This document shows positions 39,501 through 50,315 of a stretch of DNA of 64,000 bases, in pieces (within the stretch, counting starts at the first letter, position 1; every line of letters starts with the position of its first letter). Below the pieces are notes generated by a model, which saw nothing but the letters and a program-made list of their open reading frames with translations, was not told where the DNA came from and did no database searches. Both the position numbers and the translations under genes were made by a program. The stretch is from Spirochaetota bacterium (lineage in GTDB: Bacteria > Spirochaetota > UBA4802 > UBA5550), in the NCBI GenBank assembly GCA_041737965.1, contig JBGSQT010000030.1, positions 6,633 to 70,632 of the forward strand. The letters run 5' to 3'.

Positions 39501-40799
39501 ATGTCCCAGAACAAATACCGCTTTGAAACCCTGTCGCTCCATGCCGGCCATGTGCCCGATCCGGCCACGCTGTCGCGCGGCGTGCCGGTGTACCGGACCA
39601 CTTCCTATCTTTTCAAGGACAGCGGCCACGCAGCCGACCTTTTCGCCCTGAGGGAGCTCGGAAACATATACACCAGGCTCACGAACCCGACCCACGCCGT
39701 GCTGGAGGAGCGGATCTCGGCCCTGGAGGGGGGCACCGCCTCGGTGGCCCTCGCGTCCGGAACGAGCGCGATCCATTACGCGGTCATCAACATCGCCGGG
39801 CAGGGGGACGAGATCGTCGCGGCGCACAACCTCTACGGCGGGACCTACACCATGTTCGACGCGATCCTGCCGCAGTTCGGCATCACCACAAAGTTCGTCG
39901 ATCCGCGGGACCCGAAAAATTTCGAAGGAGCCATCACCGCGAAGACGAAACTCGTCTTTATCGAGACTATTGGCAATCCGGTGCTCGACTTCACGGACCT
40001 GAAGGCGGTGGCCGACATCGCCCACTCACGGGGGATACCGCTGGTGGTGGACGCCACCTTCACCACCCCGTATCTTCTGCGCGCCGTCGAGCACGGCGCC
40101 GACATCGTGGTGAATTCCCTCACCAAGTGGATCGGGGGTCACGGCGCGGCGATCGGCGGGATGGTGACCGATTCCGGACGTTTCGACTGGAAGAGCGACA
40201 GGTTCCCGTTTTTTTCGGAACCGGACCCCAACTATCACGGAATGAGGTGGGCCTACGACCTCCCGGAAGCGCTCGCACCCATGGCCTACGCGCTCAGGCT
40301 CCGTACCGTACCCCTGCGGAACCTGGGTGCCGCGATATCACCCGACAACGCCTGGATATTCCTGCAGGGCGTGGAAACCCTGCCGCTCCGCATGCAGCGT
40401 CACTGCGAAAACGCGATGAAGGTCGCGGAATTTCTTGAAAAGGACGACCGGGTCCAGTGGGTGCGGTATCCGGGGCTGCCCGACGATCCGTCCCACGCAA
40501 CGGCGTCGCGGTATCTGAAAAACGGTTTCGGCGGCATGGTGGTGTTCGGCATCAGGGGGGGATATGAGGCGGCGGTGAAGCTGATCGACAACATCACGCT
40601 TTTTTCACACCTGGCCAATGTCGGCGACGCCAAAAGCCTTATCCTTCACCCGGCATCGACCTCCCACTCCCAGCTCAGCGAGGCCCAGCAGCGGGAGGGG
40701 GGGCTGACACCGGAGCTGGTGCGGCTCTCCATCGGATTGGAGCACCGGGACGACATCATAGAGGCGCTCGATCACGGGCTTTCGGTGTCGCGGAAATGA
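39501..40799 (+). CDS. metY: O-acetylhomoserine aminocarboxypropyltransferase (sulfhydrylase)
   Basis: GNIYTRLTNPT, LYGGT, SLTKWIGGHG, HLANVGDAKSL, RLSIGLE. Confidence 0.93.
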   Translation: MSQNKYRFETLSLHAGHVPDPATLSRGVPVYRTTSYLFKDSGHAADLFALRELGNIYTRLTNPTHAVLEERISALEGGTASVALASGTSAIHYAVINIAGQGDEIVAAHNLYGGTYTMFDAILPQFGITTKFVDPRDPKNFEGAITAKTKLVFIETIGNPVLDFTDLKAVADIAHSRGIPLVVDATFTTPYLLRAVEHGADIVVNSLTKWIGGHGAAIGGMVTDSGRFDWKSDRFPFFSEPDPNYHGMRWAYDLPEALAPMAYALRLRTVPLRNLGAAISPDNAWIFLQGVETLPLRMQRHCENAMKVAEFLEKDDRVQWVRYPGLPDDPSHATASRYLKNGFGGMVVFGIRGGYEAAVKLIDNITLFSHLANVGDAKSLILHPASTSHSQLSEAQQREGGLTPELVRLSIGLEHRDDIIEALDHGLSVSRK

Positions 40800-40863
40800 G
40801 CGCAGGCGAAACCGCGGCGCCGGAGGGGAAACCGGTCCCGTTTGGAAGGGAAGGGGGACATTC

Positions 40864-41301
40864 ATGAAGCTTTCGACGCGCGGCAGATACGGAGTCCGGA
40901 TGATGTACGAGCTGGCGCTTCGCCACGGCGGCGACCCGGTGATTATCAGGGAGATCGCCCTGAACCAGGGCATTTCAGAGAAATACCTCAGCAAGCTGGT
41001 GATCCCCCTGAAGGGCGCGCAACTTGTGAGCTCGGCAAGGGGGGCGCACGGCGGCTACGTCCTGACGCGGGACCCTTCTGCGATCACCATCCGGCAGATC
41101 GTCGAAGTACTGGAAGGGGACATCACGCCGGTGGAGTGCGTGAAAAACGGCTCGGTGTGCGAACGGTCAGGGTCGTGTCCGGCCCGTGACATCTGGTGCG
41201 GCCTGGACAGGACCATCGCGGCGTATCTCGAGGGGATCACGCTGGACGATCTGGTGCGCAGCGGTTATGAAGACGCCGGCGCGTCGGGGTACTGCATCTG
41301 A
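40864..41301 (+). CDS. Rrf2-family regulator (IscR/CymR-like) with three cluster Cys
   Basis: MKLSTRGRYG, SARGAHGGYVL, ECVKNGSVCERSGSC; C-terminal GYCI resembles the CysK-docking tails of CymR/CysE. Confidence 0.92.
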   Translation: MKLSTRGRYGVRMMYELALRHGGDPVIIREIALNQGISEKYLSKLVIPLKGAQLVSSARGAHGGYVLTRDPSAITIRQIVEVLEGDITPVECVKNGSVCERSGSCPARDIWCGLDRTIAAYLEGITLDDLVRSGYEDAGASGYCI

Positions 41302-41373
41302 ATCTGCACAAAGGGCCGGCACGCCGGCCGCGATACTGCGGATACGCTGAACGGCGCCGCGATCGCCCCCGAC

Positions 41374-42615
41374 TTACCCGAAATTATCGAACCGGATCAT
41401 CTCCTGCTCCACGCCGAGGCAGTCCAGCATTTTCGTGACCGCGTCCAGCATCATGGGGGGGCCGCAGAGATAGTATTCCACGTCCTCCGGGGCCGGGTGT
41501 TTCTCCAGGTATTTCTCATACACCACCTTGTGGATGAACCCGGTGGGCCCATTCCAGTTGTCTTCAGGCTGCGGGGCAGACAGCGCGATGTGGCAGGTGA
41601 AATTCTTGAATTTTTTTTCCAGCTCCCTGAATTCCTCCTCGTAGAAAATCTCCCGGACCGAGCGGGCGCCGTACCAGAAGCTGACCTTCCGCTTTGTCTT
41701 CAGGGTCCGGAAAAGATGAAAAATCTGGGAGCGGAGCGGCGCCATCCCCGCGCCGCCTCCGATGTACACCATCTCCCGGTCGGTGTCCTGGATGAAAAAC
41801 TCGCCGTAGGGGCCGGACACCGACACGGTGTCGCCCGGTACAAGGTTGAAGATGAACGAAGAGGCCACGCCCGGGGGGATGTTCCTGAATTCCTTTTTTT
41901 CCGAGTCCCAGGGGGGGGTGGCGATCCTCACGTTCAGCTTGACGATGTCCCCCTCGGCCGGGTAGTTGGCCATGGAGTAGGCGCGGTACACCGGCTCCAC
42001 GTTGCGCGATTTCATCCTGAACAGCCCCAGCCGGTCCCATTCGGCCTTGAATTTTCCCTCGATGTTGAGCGCCTTGTTGAACTCCAGTTCGTACCTGGGA
42101 ATGTCGATCTGGATGTACCCGCCCGGTTCGAAATCGAGATGTTCGCCTTCCGGGAGCCTCAGGACCAGTTCCTTGATAAAGGTGGCGATACCCCTGTTCT
42201 CTTCGACGCGGCATTCAATTTTTTTTATCGAAAAGACCGATTCGGGCACCTCTATTTTCATGTCGCTGCGGACCTTCACCTGGCACGAAAGCCGCCAGCG
42301 CTCCCTGGCCATCTTCCGGTTGATGTGGTTCATCTCTATGGGGAGCAGGTCGCCGCCCCCTTCGGTTACCCTGCACTTGCAGGTGCCGCAGGTGCCGCCG
42401 CCCCCGCATGCCGAGGGGAGGAAAAGCCCGTTTTCCGAGAGGGTGGACAGGAGCGATTTGCCCGTCTGAGTCACCAGCGGGGAGCCGGCGCCGCTGTTTA
42501 TCAGAATGCTGACGTTCCCCTTTTTGACCAGGCCCTTTTCCGCCAGCGCGATAAGGGAGGCCAGCAGGGTGAGTATGACCGAGAATGACGCCACCGCCGC
42601 GAGTATCGTAATCAT
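41374..42615 (-). CDS. nqrF: Na+-translocating NADH:quinone oxidoreductase subunit F
   Basis: SACGGGGTCGTC, RLSCQV, RAYSMANYP, GGGAGMAP, WYGARS, YYLCGPP. Confidence 0.96.
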   Translation of the reverse strand: MITILAAVASFSVILTLLASLIALAEKGLVKKGNVSILINSGAGSPLVTQTGKSLLSTLSENGLFLPSACGGGGTCGTCKCRVTEGGGDLLPIEMNHINRKMARERWRLSCQVKVRSDMKIEVPESVFSIKKIECRVEENRGIATFIKELVLRLPEGEHLDFEPGGYIQIDIPRYELEFNKALNIEGKFKAEWDRLGLFRMKSRNVEPVYRAYSMANYPAEGDIVKLNVRIATPPWDSEKKEFRNIPPGVASSFIFNLVPGDTVSVSGPYGEFFIQDTDREMVYIGGGAGMAPLRSQIFHLFRTLKTKRKVSFWYGARSVREIFYEEEFRELEKKFKNFTCHIALSAPQPEDNWNGPTGFIHKVVYEKYLEKHPAPEDVEYYLCGPPMMLDAVTKMLDCLGVEQEMIRFDNFG

Positions 42616-42616
42616 G

Positions 42617-43234
42617 TCATTTCCCCAGGGTGATTCCGGAGAAGATCATAAAGGCCATGGCCATGAGGCCGGTGACGAGCATGGTGATGCCGAGCCCACG
42701 CATCCCTTCCGGGATGTTGGAGTACCGGAGCTTGTGGCGTATCGCGGCCAGGCTGATGATTGCCAGAAACCAACCCGCTCCCGAGCCGAAACCGAATACC
42801 GTCGCCTCGGAGAGCGTGTACTTCCTCTCCACCATGAACAGCGACACGCCCAGGATCGCGCAGTTCACCGTGATGAGGGGAAGGTATATGCCAAGGGCGT
42901 TGTAGAGGGCGGTCGAGAGTTTTTCCACCGCCATCTCCACCACCTGCACGATGGCGGCGATGACCGCGATAAAGGTGATGAACGCGAGAAAGGAGAGATC
43001 GATAGCGGCCAGGGAGGGGTCGATCCAGGCCAGCGCCCCTTTTTTCAGGAAATATTCATTGATGAGCCAGTTGGCCGGCGCGGTGATGGTGAGAACGAAG
43101 ATCACCGCGATGCCCAATCCGAAGGAGGTGGGGATCTTCTTCGAGAGCGCCAGAAACGAACACATGCCGAGGAAATAGGCCAGCAGGATGTTCTCGATAA
43201 AGATCGACCGTACCGCTATATTCACGAGATCCAT
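42617..43234 (-). CDS. nqrE: Na+-NQR subunit E
   Basis: [26 protein letters not shown] motifs. Confidence 0.95.
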   Translation of the reverse strand: MDLVNIAVRSIFIENILLAYFLGMCSFLALSKKIPTSFGLGIAVIFVLTITAPANWLINEYFLKKGALAWIDPSLAAIDLSFLAFITFIAVIAAIVQVVEMAVEKLSTALYNALGIYLPLITVNCAILGVSLFMVERKYTLSEATVFGFGSGAGWFLAIISLAAIRHKLRYSNIPEGMRGLGITMLVTGLMAMAFMIFSGITLGK

Positions 43235-43235
43235 G

Positions 43236-43850
43236 TCATGTCTCCCTGTATCCGGTAATTGTCCTCTGTATCCAGATGATCATGGACAGGATGATGAAGG
43301 CGCCTGGCGCGAGCACCATGAGCCCGTTGTCGCTGTATCCGGAGTTGTAAAGCCACTGAGGGAGTATCCGGTGGCCCAGGAGCGATCCGGCGCCGAGGAG
43401 CTCGCGGAAAAATCCCACGATGGCGAGGATTATGGCGTAGCCGACGCCGTTGCCGATTCCGTCAAGAAATGAAGGGACCGGCCTGTTGGCCATGGCGAAT
43501 GCCTCCAGCCGCCCGAGAACGATGCAGTTGGTGATGATCAGCCCCACGAAGACTGACAGCTGCTTCGACATCTGGTACGAATAGGCCTTGAGGAACTGGT
43601 CGACCACGATGACCAGAGTCGCCGCCACGGTCATTTCGATGATGATCCGCACCCTGCCGGGAATGTAATTTCTGATCAGTGACACCGCTACGTTCGACAG
43701 CGCCACCACGAAGATGACCGCCGCTCCCATGACCAGTGAGGGCTTCAGCTGGGCGGTCACCGCGAGGGACGAGCATATGCCCAGAACCTGTATCGTGATG
43801 GGATTGTTTTCGCTTATCGGTGACAGGATCCATTTCTTGCTAAATTCCAC
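43236..43850 (-). CDS. nqrD: Na+-NQR subunit D
   Basis: [35 protein letters not shown]. Confidence 0.95.
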   Translation of the reverse strand: MEFSKKWILSPISENNPITIQVLGICSSLAVTAQLKPSLVMGAAVIFVVALSNVAVSLIRNYIPGRVRIIIEMTVAATLVIVVDQFLKAYSYQMSKQLSVFVGLIITNCIVLGRLEAFAMANRPVPSFLDGIGNGVGYAIILAIVGFFRELLGAGSLLGHRILPQWLYNSGYSDNGLMVLAPGAFIILSMIIWIQRTITGYRET

Positions 43851-44619
43851 CGCGGCCCCTCCCGTTTCGTATCAGTTTAAAATACGGCTCGTACAGGAGA
43901 ATGCTTTTTTTCAGCAGTGCCGTCACCCCCTTTCCGGTGAGGGTGGCGCCGCTGATGCCGTCAACCTGGTGGATGGCCCCCGGGGACGACGGGGCAGCCT
44001 TCCCTTTGAGCACGGTTATGGACACCGGACCGCCTTTTTCATCCAGAATCTTTTTCCCGATAAAACTGTCCTGAAACCAGTCGGACTGCACCTCGCCGCC
44101 GAGGCCCGGCGTCTCCCCCTGCTTGTAAAAGGTGACGCCCCGCACGGTGTTGCAGTCGGCCTCCAGGGCCATGTAGCCGTAAATCGATGACCAGAGCCCC
44201 TTCCCGTACACCGGGAAGCAGTAGGCCGACGCTTTCCCGTTGTCGATCCTCATGTACAGCGGATACCGCCGTTCTTTTACCGGCTTGTCCAGTTCCGCGT
44301 CCAGCTCTATCGCTTCCGGTACGACCGCCTCCCCGGTTATGATGCGTCCCTCGGAGTCGATTACAATCGCCCTGATGTATTTGCGGTAGCATTCCTGTAT
44401 ATAGGTGAGCTGGTCTTTCGGTATCTCCCTGACTGAACCGGGCCCCTTGTCCTTGCATTTGCGGATTCCCACCGCGTGGAGAATGTTTTTTTTCATGTCC
44501 CCCGCGGCCTGGAGCTGCTGGCGCTCCTTCAGCATAAAGGAGGTGACGGAGAGGAAAAAAGCGGCAAGCACCGCGATGGCCAGGGTGAAGAGTATCGTGT
44601 AGGCGTTACCGCGCCGCAT
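43840..44619 (-). CDS. nqrC: Na+-NQR subunit C
   Basis: [17 protein letters not shown] site [10 protein letters not shown]. Confidence 0.95.
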   Translation of the reverse strand: MRRGNAYTILFTLAIAVLAAFFLSVTSFMLKERQQLQAAGDMKKNILHAVGIRKCKDKGPGSVREIPKDQLTYIQECYRKYIRAIVIDSEGRIITGEAVVPEAIELDAELDKPVKERRYPLYMRIDNGKASAYCFPVYGKGLWSSIYGYMALEADCNTVRGVTFYKQGETPGLGGEVQSDWFQDSFIGKKILDEKGGPVSITVLKGKAAPSSPGAIHQVDGISGATLTGKGVTALLKKSILLYEPYFKLIRNGRGRGGI

Positions 44620-45778
44620 GTTTTTTCCTCCTCCGTACTCCGGACCGCACCACGCCGTAGTCGATGAGCGGCGCGAACATGTTCATGAGGAGAATCGACA
44701 GCATCATCCCTTCAGGAAAGGCCGGATTGAACACCCGTATCACTATCGTCAGCGCGCCGATCAGGAAGCCGAAGATGTATTTACCCGTGTTTGTGGCGGC
44801 TGCCGACACCGGGTCCGTGGCCATGAATACCGCGCCGAAGGCGAACCCTCCCATGACCAGATGGTACGCGGGGGGGAGCGCCATCATCCCCTCCGGTCCG
44901 GGGGCGAGCGCGTTTACGAGCGCCGCCACGGCCAGGCCTCCGGCGAATACGGAGAGCATGATCCTCCAGCTGCCGACTCCGGTGACCAGCAGGACAAGCG
45001 CCCCGATGGCGATGGCGGGTATCGACGTTTCGCCGATGCTTCCCGGAATGAATCCCAGGAACATGTCCGTAAAGCCGTATCCCTGGGAGGAGAGGTGCCC
45101 TATGACGCTACCGGCGGCGTCGGCGGCCGACGTGAGGGGAGTCGCCATCGTATAGGTGTCCACGACCCGCCCCTGCGTCAGCGTCCACACGCCGGAACCC
45201 GAGATGCTCCTGGGATAGGCGAAGAAAATGAACGCCCGCGCAAGGAGCGCCGGATTGAATATGTTCATGCCTGTGCCGCCGAAAAGCTCCTTCCCCAGCA
45301 CCACGCTGAAGGTCACCGCCAGCGCGAGCTGCCACAGCGGGAGGGTCGGGGGCATGATAAGGGGGATAAGGGTTCCGGTGACGAAAAATCCCTCGCTCAC
45401 CTCTTCCTTCCTTATGATTGCAAAAAGGACCTCCCAGCCCAGGCCGACGCCGAAGGTCACCAGGTACATGGGAACGATCACCCCCGCGCCGACGGCAAGG
45501 CATTGGAGCGCCGTTCCGGGCAGACCGGAGGCGAGGAAATGCTGGTACCCGACGTTGTAGGTGCCGAAGACGATGCAGGGGACCAGCGCAAGCATCACCA
45601 TGATCATCATGCGCTTCAGGTCGAACGAGTCGCGTATGTGCGCCCCCGATTTCGTCGGGACCGGGATTCTGTAGAGGAACGTCTCCACGCTGTCGAACAG
45701 CGGCCAGAACCGGCCGAACCTCCCGCTCTCCCTGAAGTGGGGTTTCACGGCGTCCAGAATTTTTTCCAGCGGTTTCAT
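44606..45778 (-). CDS. nqrB: Na+-NQR subunit B
   Basis: HIRDSFDLKRMM, KELFGGTGMNIFNPAL, FMN site DTYTMATPL, FMATDPVS. Alternative coupled start at 45802. Confidence 0.95.
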   Translation of the reverse strand: MKPLEKILDAVKPHFRESGRFGRFWPLFDSVETFLYRIPVPTKSGAHIRDSFDLKRMMIMVMLALVPCIVFGTYNVGYQHFLASGLPGTALQCLAVGAGVIVPMYLVTFGVGLGWEVLFAIIRKEEVSEGFFVTGTLIPLIMPPTLPLWQLALAVTFSVVLGKELFGGTGMNIFNPALLARAFIFFAYPRSISGSGVWTLTQGRVVDTYTMATPLTSAADAAGSVIGHLSSQGYGFTDMFLGFIPGSIGETSIPAIAIGALVLLVTGVGSWRIMLSVFAGGLAVAALVNALAPGPEGMMALPPAYHLVMGGFAFGAVFMATDPVSAAATNTGKYIFGFLIGALTIVIRVFNPAFPEGMMLSILLMNMFAPLIDYGVVRSGVRRRKKHAAR

Positions 45779-45798
45779 CGTCTCTTCGCGTCCGTTCC

Positions 45799-47151
45799 TC
45801 ATGATTCCCTGACCATCAGGTCGAGGCCTTTTCGCACCAGTTTCTGGATCTCGGATTTCGAGGGGCACGCGTATTCGCACAGCGCCACGTCCTCCTCGGC
45901 GATGTCCAGCAGTCCCAGCTCCTCCATCTCCTCAAGGTCCTCTGCGTGGATGCTTTTGAAAAGCATGAGGGGATGAATATCCATGGGGAGGAGCCGCTCG
46001 TACAGGCCGGTGGCCACGAAGGGGCGGACGCCGCCGTTCATGTTTGTGTCGATTCTCCGCCCCGCGAGCGTGCCGATCCACCGCGAAAGAAAGGAGCGCG
46101 AAAAGCTGTCGTCACGCAGGCCGGGCGAGATCCAGCCGAGGAAGCGCCGGCTTTCGGCCTCCGGGAGCAGCGTCACGAGATTGTCGTAGAAACCGAGGTA
46201 TCCTTCAGTCCCCTGGTGCCTGCCGGTGAGGACGTTGCCTGAAATGCGCCGAATGTTTTCGCCTGCGGACATCCCCTCGGTCAGAGTGTCCAGCCTCGCG
46301 CCGGCGATTGTGGTGAAATATCCCGGAGAGGCAGCCGCCGGTCCCGCAGCCGCCGCGGTGATCTCGAAACTCAGTTTGCCCGTGGCGAATAGCCGGCCGA
46401 TAAGGATCACCGACTGGACGGAGCAGTGCCACACGATGTCGGCCGCGTTTTTTATCGGCGCGATATGATGGATGTGCACTCCCACGCTGCCGGCGGGATG
46501 CGGGCCCTTGAAATAATGAAGTTCTACGCCCCTGACATCCGTGAACGCGGCGCTGGGGGATTTCGATGAGCCGTCGACGACGAGATGGACCCTGCCGCCG
46601 GTGAGCCTGGCGATAATTTCGAGCCCCCTGCGGAACAGGTCCTCCCTCCCCGCCACGATCACGTTCGGGTCGGGCGCCAGCGGCGCGGTGTCCATGGCGG
46701 GTATGAAAATATCCCTGGGAATGTCATCCGGATTGGCGGTGACGCCGAAGGGGCGCTGTCGGAAACAGGGGAAGAGCCCGCTTTCGAGGAGGGCCGCCAG
46801 GATGCCTTCGCGCGTTCCGGCGTTCTTTATTCTCGGCCCCGGTGCAGTCCGTCCCTTTTGGCGGTCGGTCCGTATCACCACCGCCTCCAGGGCCCTTCGC
46901 TCGCCCCGGATTATTTTTTCAACGGTCCCCCCGAGCGGGGCGACGAACCTGACGGCATCGTTTCCTTTGTCGGTGAAGAGCGGCGTGCCGGTTTTAACCT
47001 TTTCCCCCTCCCTGACCAGCAGTTTCGGCCTCGTGCCGAGAAACTCGCCGGGAAGGAGCGCCACATGATCCGGAATGATGTCCCGGTCTGCGAAACCGCG
47101 GGCGCGCCCGGGGACCGCGATATCATATCCTTTTTTTATGGTCACCATCAT
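45799..47151 (-). CDS. nqrA: Na+-NQR subunit A
   Basis: IKKGYDI, RQRPF, GPHPAGSVGVHIHH, ISGNVLTG, EEDVALCEYACPSK. Confidence 0.95.
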   Translation of the reverse strand: MMVTIKKGYDIAVPGRARGFADRDIIPDHVALLPGEFLGTRPKLLVREGEKVKTGTPLFTDKGNDAVRFVAPLGGTVEKIIRGERRALEAVVIRTDRQKGRTAPGPRIKNAGTREGILAALLESGLFPCFRQRPFGVTANPDDIPRDIFIPAMDTAPLAPDPNVIVAGREDLFRRGLEIIARLTGGRVHLVVDGSSKSPSAAFTDVRGVELHYFKGPHPAGSVGVHIHHIAPIKNAADIVWHCSVQSVILIGRLFATGKLSFEITAAAAGPAAASPGYFTTIAGARLDTLTEGMSAGENIRRISGNVLTGRHQGTEGYLGFYDNLVTLLPEAESRRFLGWISPGLRDDSFSRSFLSRWIGTLAGRRIDTNMNGGVRPFVATGLYERLLPMDIHPLMLFKSIHAEDLEEMEELGLLDIAEEDVALCEYACPSKSEIQKLVRKGLDLMVRES

Positions 47152-47365
47152 CCTGTTGTATCCTGACTGCCGTATCCTTTTCGGCCGGATCGATCCGGCA
47201 TGTTTCAGCGGAGCGGGAACCGCACACCTGACAGGCGTCTTTCTCCCCTATGCCGTGGGCGCAGGTCCGAAGGGGGGTCTCGTCTTTTGAAAAGACCGCC
47301 CTCAGGGACAGAAACGCCACCGCGATGACGACGACCGCCAGGGTTAATATAAAATAGATGAACAT
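47123..47365 (-). CDS. NqrM-like Na+-NQR maturation protein
   Basis: Single N-terminal TM followed by four Cys (RTC...ACQVC...TC); immediately upstream of and overlapping nqrA. Confidence 0.65.
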   Translation of the reverse strand: MFIYFILTLAVVVIAVAFLSLRAVFSKDETPLRTCAHGIGEKDACQVCGSRSAETCRIDPAEKDTAVRIQQDDGDHKKRI

Positions 47366-47516
47366 GAAATAATCCGCTCTTTCCCGTCCGGAGGCGTCAG
47401 AGGCGAGTGTAGTCCCCTTTTTCCGGTACTGTCAACAAAAAAGATCACCGGTATGCCGGGAAATTTCCCGCCTCCTGAATCGCCGGCTATGGATATCGAC
47501 GTCGTCCCGGTCCGGC

Positions 47517-47903
47517 TCACAGGTTTTCCACGACCCTTTTCAAACTGTCCCGGACCTTTCCCGCTATCTCCGCAAGCGCTTCGTTTTCGACCGCCGCCAT
47601 GGACGCGGCCGGGTCCACCGCGGCGATCTCCACCTTCCCCTTTTCGATCTCCTGTACTATGACATTGCAGGGGAGCATCGTGCCGATCTTGTCCTCTGCC
47701 AGAAGCGCCCTGTGGGCAAAGGGAGGGTTGCATGCCCCCAGTATCCGGTAATTTCTGAAATCGACGTTGAGCTTTTTTTTCATAGTGTCCTTCACGTCAA
47801 TGTCGGTAAGCACGCCGAAGCCTTCCTTTTTCAGCTCCTCCCTTACCCTTGTAACGGCCGATTCAAAGGCGCCGCCGATAATTTTGCTGAAGTAGTATCC
47901 CAT
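47517..47903 (-). CDS. DUF302-family protein
   Basis: GFGVLTDIDV, YRILGACNP, IGTMLPCNVIV. Confidence 0.92.
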   Translation of the reverse strand: MGYYFSKIIGGAFESAVTRVREELKKEGFGVLTDIDVKDTMKKKLNVDFRNYRILGACNPPFAHRALLAEDKIGTMLPCNVIVQEIEKGKVEIAAVDPAASMAAVENEALAEIAGKVRDSLKRVVENL

Positions 47904-48170
47904 TGGCCTCTCCTAACCGCGCCTGAGTTCTTCCCCCATCCCTCTTGTACAAGGTGCCTGCCGGCCCAGGCGGAATGGGTACGCGTGATACGGAAAAAAT
48001 AGCATGGATTGTACCGGTTTTCAATAACCGGATATGGTTATTTTTCGGGTGTCCCTCCCCGGCATTTTTCAACTTGACATTGCGCGTTCTTTACGGCAGA
48101 ATACTGGCACCGGCGCCGGGGGACGCGCATTCCTCTTCGCGCCGGATTATCGGCTGATCGGAGGGATTGA

Positions 48171-48860
48171 ATGCAACGGTTTGCGGTCATCGGGCTCGGC
48201 AATTACGGCATACACGTGGCGAAATCGCTGAAGGAATACGGAAGCGATGTCACCGGGATCGACATGAGCCAGGAGCGCCTGCTACTGGCACGCGAATACC
48301 TCAATCACGCGGTCGCGGGGGACGCGGCGGACAGTTCGTTTCTGCAGACGCTCTCCCTTCGCGAGCTGGACGGCGTACTGGTGTGCCTGAGCACCGACGC
48401 GAGCGCCAGTTCCCTCATCGTGATGACGCTGAAGGATCTCGGGGTCAGGCGGATCATCGCCCGGGCCATAACCGAAAACCACTGCAGGGTCCTGGAGCAG
48501 CTCGGCGTGACCGATATCGTGTATCCGGACCGGGACAGCGCGAGCCATATCGGCAAGGCGCTGGCGATGCGTAACGTCCTCGATTATATCCCCCTCACCG
48601 GCGAGTACGTGGTCATGAACATCCAGCCGCCTGCGAGCTTTATAGGGAAGAGCATAAGGGACCTGCAGATCGGCGCCAGGTTTCAATGCCAGATCCTGGG
48701 GATCAAGTTCCTCCAGGGCAACAACAAATGGAACCCGGAGGCGCCGGAATGGGAGAACATGAAAATCGCCCCGACCGCGGACGACGTGATTCCGGAGCAT
48801 TCGGCGCTCATGTTTCTCGGGAAAAAATCGAATCTGTTGAAGATCCAGCAGCTTCCGTAA
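48171..48860 (+). CDS. TrkA/KtrA-family K+ uptake regulatory (RCK) subunit
   Basis: FAVIGLGNYG Rossmann motif, IIARA, C-terminal TrkA_C (FIGKSIRDL). No TrkH/KtrB gene adjacent. Confidence 0.9.
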   Translation: MQRFAVIGLGNYGIHVAKSLKEYGSDVTGIDMSQERLLLAREYLNHAVAGDAADSSFLQTLSLRELDGVLVCLSTDASASSLIVMTLKDLGVRRIIARAITENHCRVLEQLGVTDIVYPDRDSASHIGKALAMRNVLDYIPLTGEYVVMNIQPPASFIGKSIRDLQIGARFQCQILGIKFLQGNNKWNPEAPEWENMKIAPTADDVIPEHSALMFLGKKSNLLKIQQLP

Positions 48861-48884
48861 TGCGGGACGCGCGGCGAGGCGACT

Positions 48885-50306
48885 GTGTCCGGCGGAAAGA
48901 TATCACGAAGAAAAGTCCTTAAAAAGGCCGCCGCCGCTGCGGGCGCTGCCGCCGCCGGCGCCGGGTTCGGATTGCTGTCGAAATGGGCGAAGGGGCAAAT
49001 CGCCGCCGAAGGCTCCATGCCCGGGCCGGTCCGTCACACCGGCAGGACCGGAAAACCGAACATCGTGGTGGTGCTGACGGACGATCAGCGCTGGGACCAC
49101 ATGGGCTGCGCGGGGCACCCCTTTCTCCGGACGCCCTGGATGGACCGCCTCGCCTCGGAGGGGGTGCTGTTCAGCAACGCCTTCGTCACCACCTCGCTCT
49201 GCAGCCCCTCAAGGGCAAGCTTTCTCACCGGCCGGTACGCGCACAGCCACGGCGTGAAAAACAACCTGACCCCGTGGCGCGACGAAAGCCGCACGTTTTT
49301 CGAATACCTCAAGGATGCCGGATACAACAACGCCTTCATCGGCAAGTGGCACATGCCGGGGAGGCTGCCGCGGCTTCGTGGCGTCGACCGCTTTGTCACC
49401 TTCACGGTGCAGGGAGGGCAGGGGAGATATTTTGACTGCCCCCTCGTCATCGACGGCGTCGAAACCGAAAGGCCCGGAAAATACATCACCGACGACCTGA
49501 CCGACCTTGCGATCGATTTCATCAGGAGCGAAAAGGACAACACTTTCTGCCTCTATCTGGCCCACAAGGCGGTGCATCACCAGTTCCTGCCGCCCCCGGA
49601 CCTAGACGGCCTGTACGGCGCCGAGGACCTGCGGAACCTGCCCCCGGAATACTTTTCACTGCAGACCATGGCCGACGGCGCATTCTGGGAAGGGGCGCTG
49701 GGGCCGATGGAAGTGCATTACCGGCACTACTGCGAGTGCCTGGTCGCGGTTGACCGCCAGCTCGGGCGGATCATGACGGAGCTGGAGAATCTGGGCATTG
49801 CGGACGATACGGCGATAGTCTACACCAGCGACAACGGGTACAGCTGGGGCGAGCACGCGCGCAACGGGAAGCGGTGGGCGACGGAAGAAAACATGCGGGT
49901 CCCCTTCATGGTCCGCCATCCCCGGGGCATCCGGGGTCCCGGAAGGCGTCCCGCCGAGATGGCGCTGAACATCGACCTTGCCCCGACGCTTCTCGACATC
50001 GCCGGGATAGCGGTGCCGCCGCAGATGGAAGGGCGGAGCCTGGCGCCGATTCTGGAACGCCGCCCGACCCTGTGGCGCGGGGATTTTCTCTACGAATACT
50101 TCAAGGATTTTCCCTATAACGTTCCGGCCCAGAGGGCGGTGCGCACCGGGCGACACCTTTACGTGGAGTACGAGGGGAGGCGCCGTCCGGAACTGTACGA
50201 CATCGCGCGCGACCCGCGCACCATGACCGATATTACCGCCACCCGCGAGGGGGCGGCGGCGTTGCCGGCACTGCGCCGGAGGCTCCGGGAGCTTTCCCGT
50301 GCATAG
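48885..50306 (+). CDS. Tat-exported Cys-type sulfatase
   Basis: SRRKVLK twin-arginine leader; PNIVVVLTDDQ, CSPSRASFLTG, GKWH, YTSDNG. Confidence 0.93.
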   Translation: MSGGKISRRKVLKKAAAAAGAAAAGAGFGLLSKWAKGQIAAEGSMPGPVRHTGRTGKPNIVVVLTDDQRWDHMGCAGHPFLRTPWMDRLASEGVLFSNAFVTTSLCSPSRASFLTGRYAHSHGVKNNLTPWRDESRTFFEYLKDAGYNNAFIGKWHMPGRLPRLRGVDRFVTFTVQGGQGRYFDCPLVIDGVETERPGKYITDDLTDLAIDFIRSEKDNTFCLYLAHKAVHHQFLPPPDLDGLYGAEDLRNLPPEYFSLQTMADGAFWEGALGPMEVHYRHYCECLVAVDRQLGRIMTELENLGIADDTAIVYTSDNGYSWGEHARNGKRWATEENMRVPFMVRHPRGIRGPGRRPAEMALNIDLAPTLLDIAGIAVPPQMEGRSLAPILERRPTLWRGDFLYEYFKDFPYNVPAQRAVRTGRHLYVEYEGRRRPELYDIARDPRTMTDITATREGAAALPALRRRLRELSRA

Positions 50307-50315
50307 GAGAGGCCG

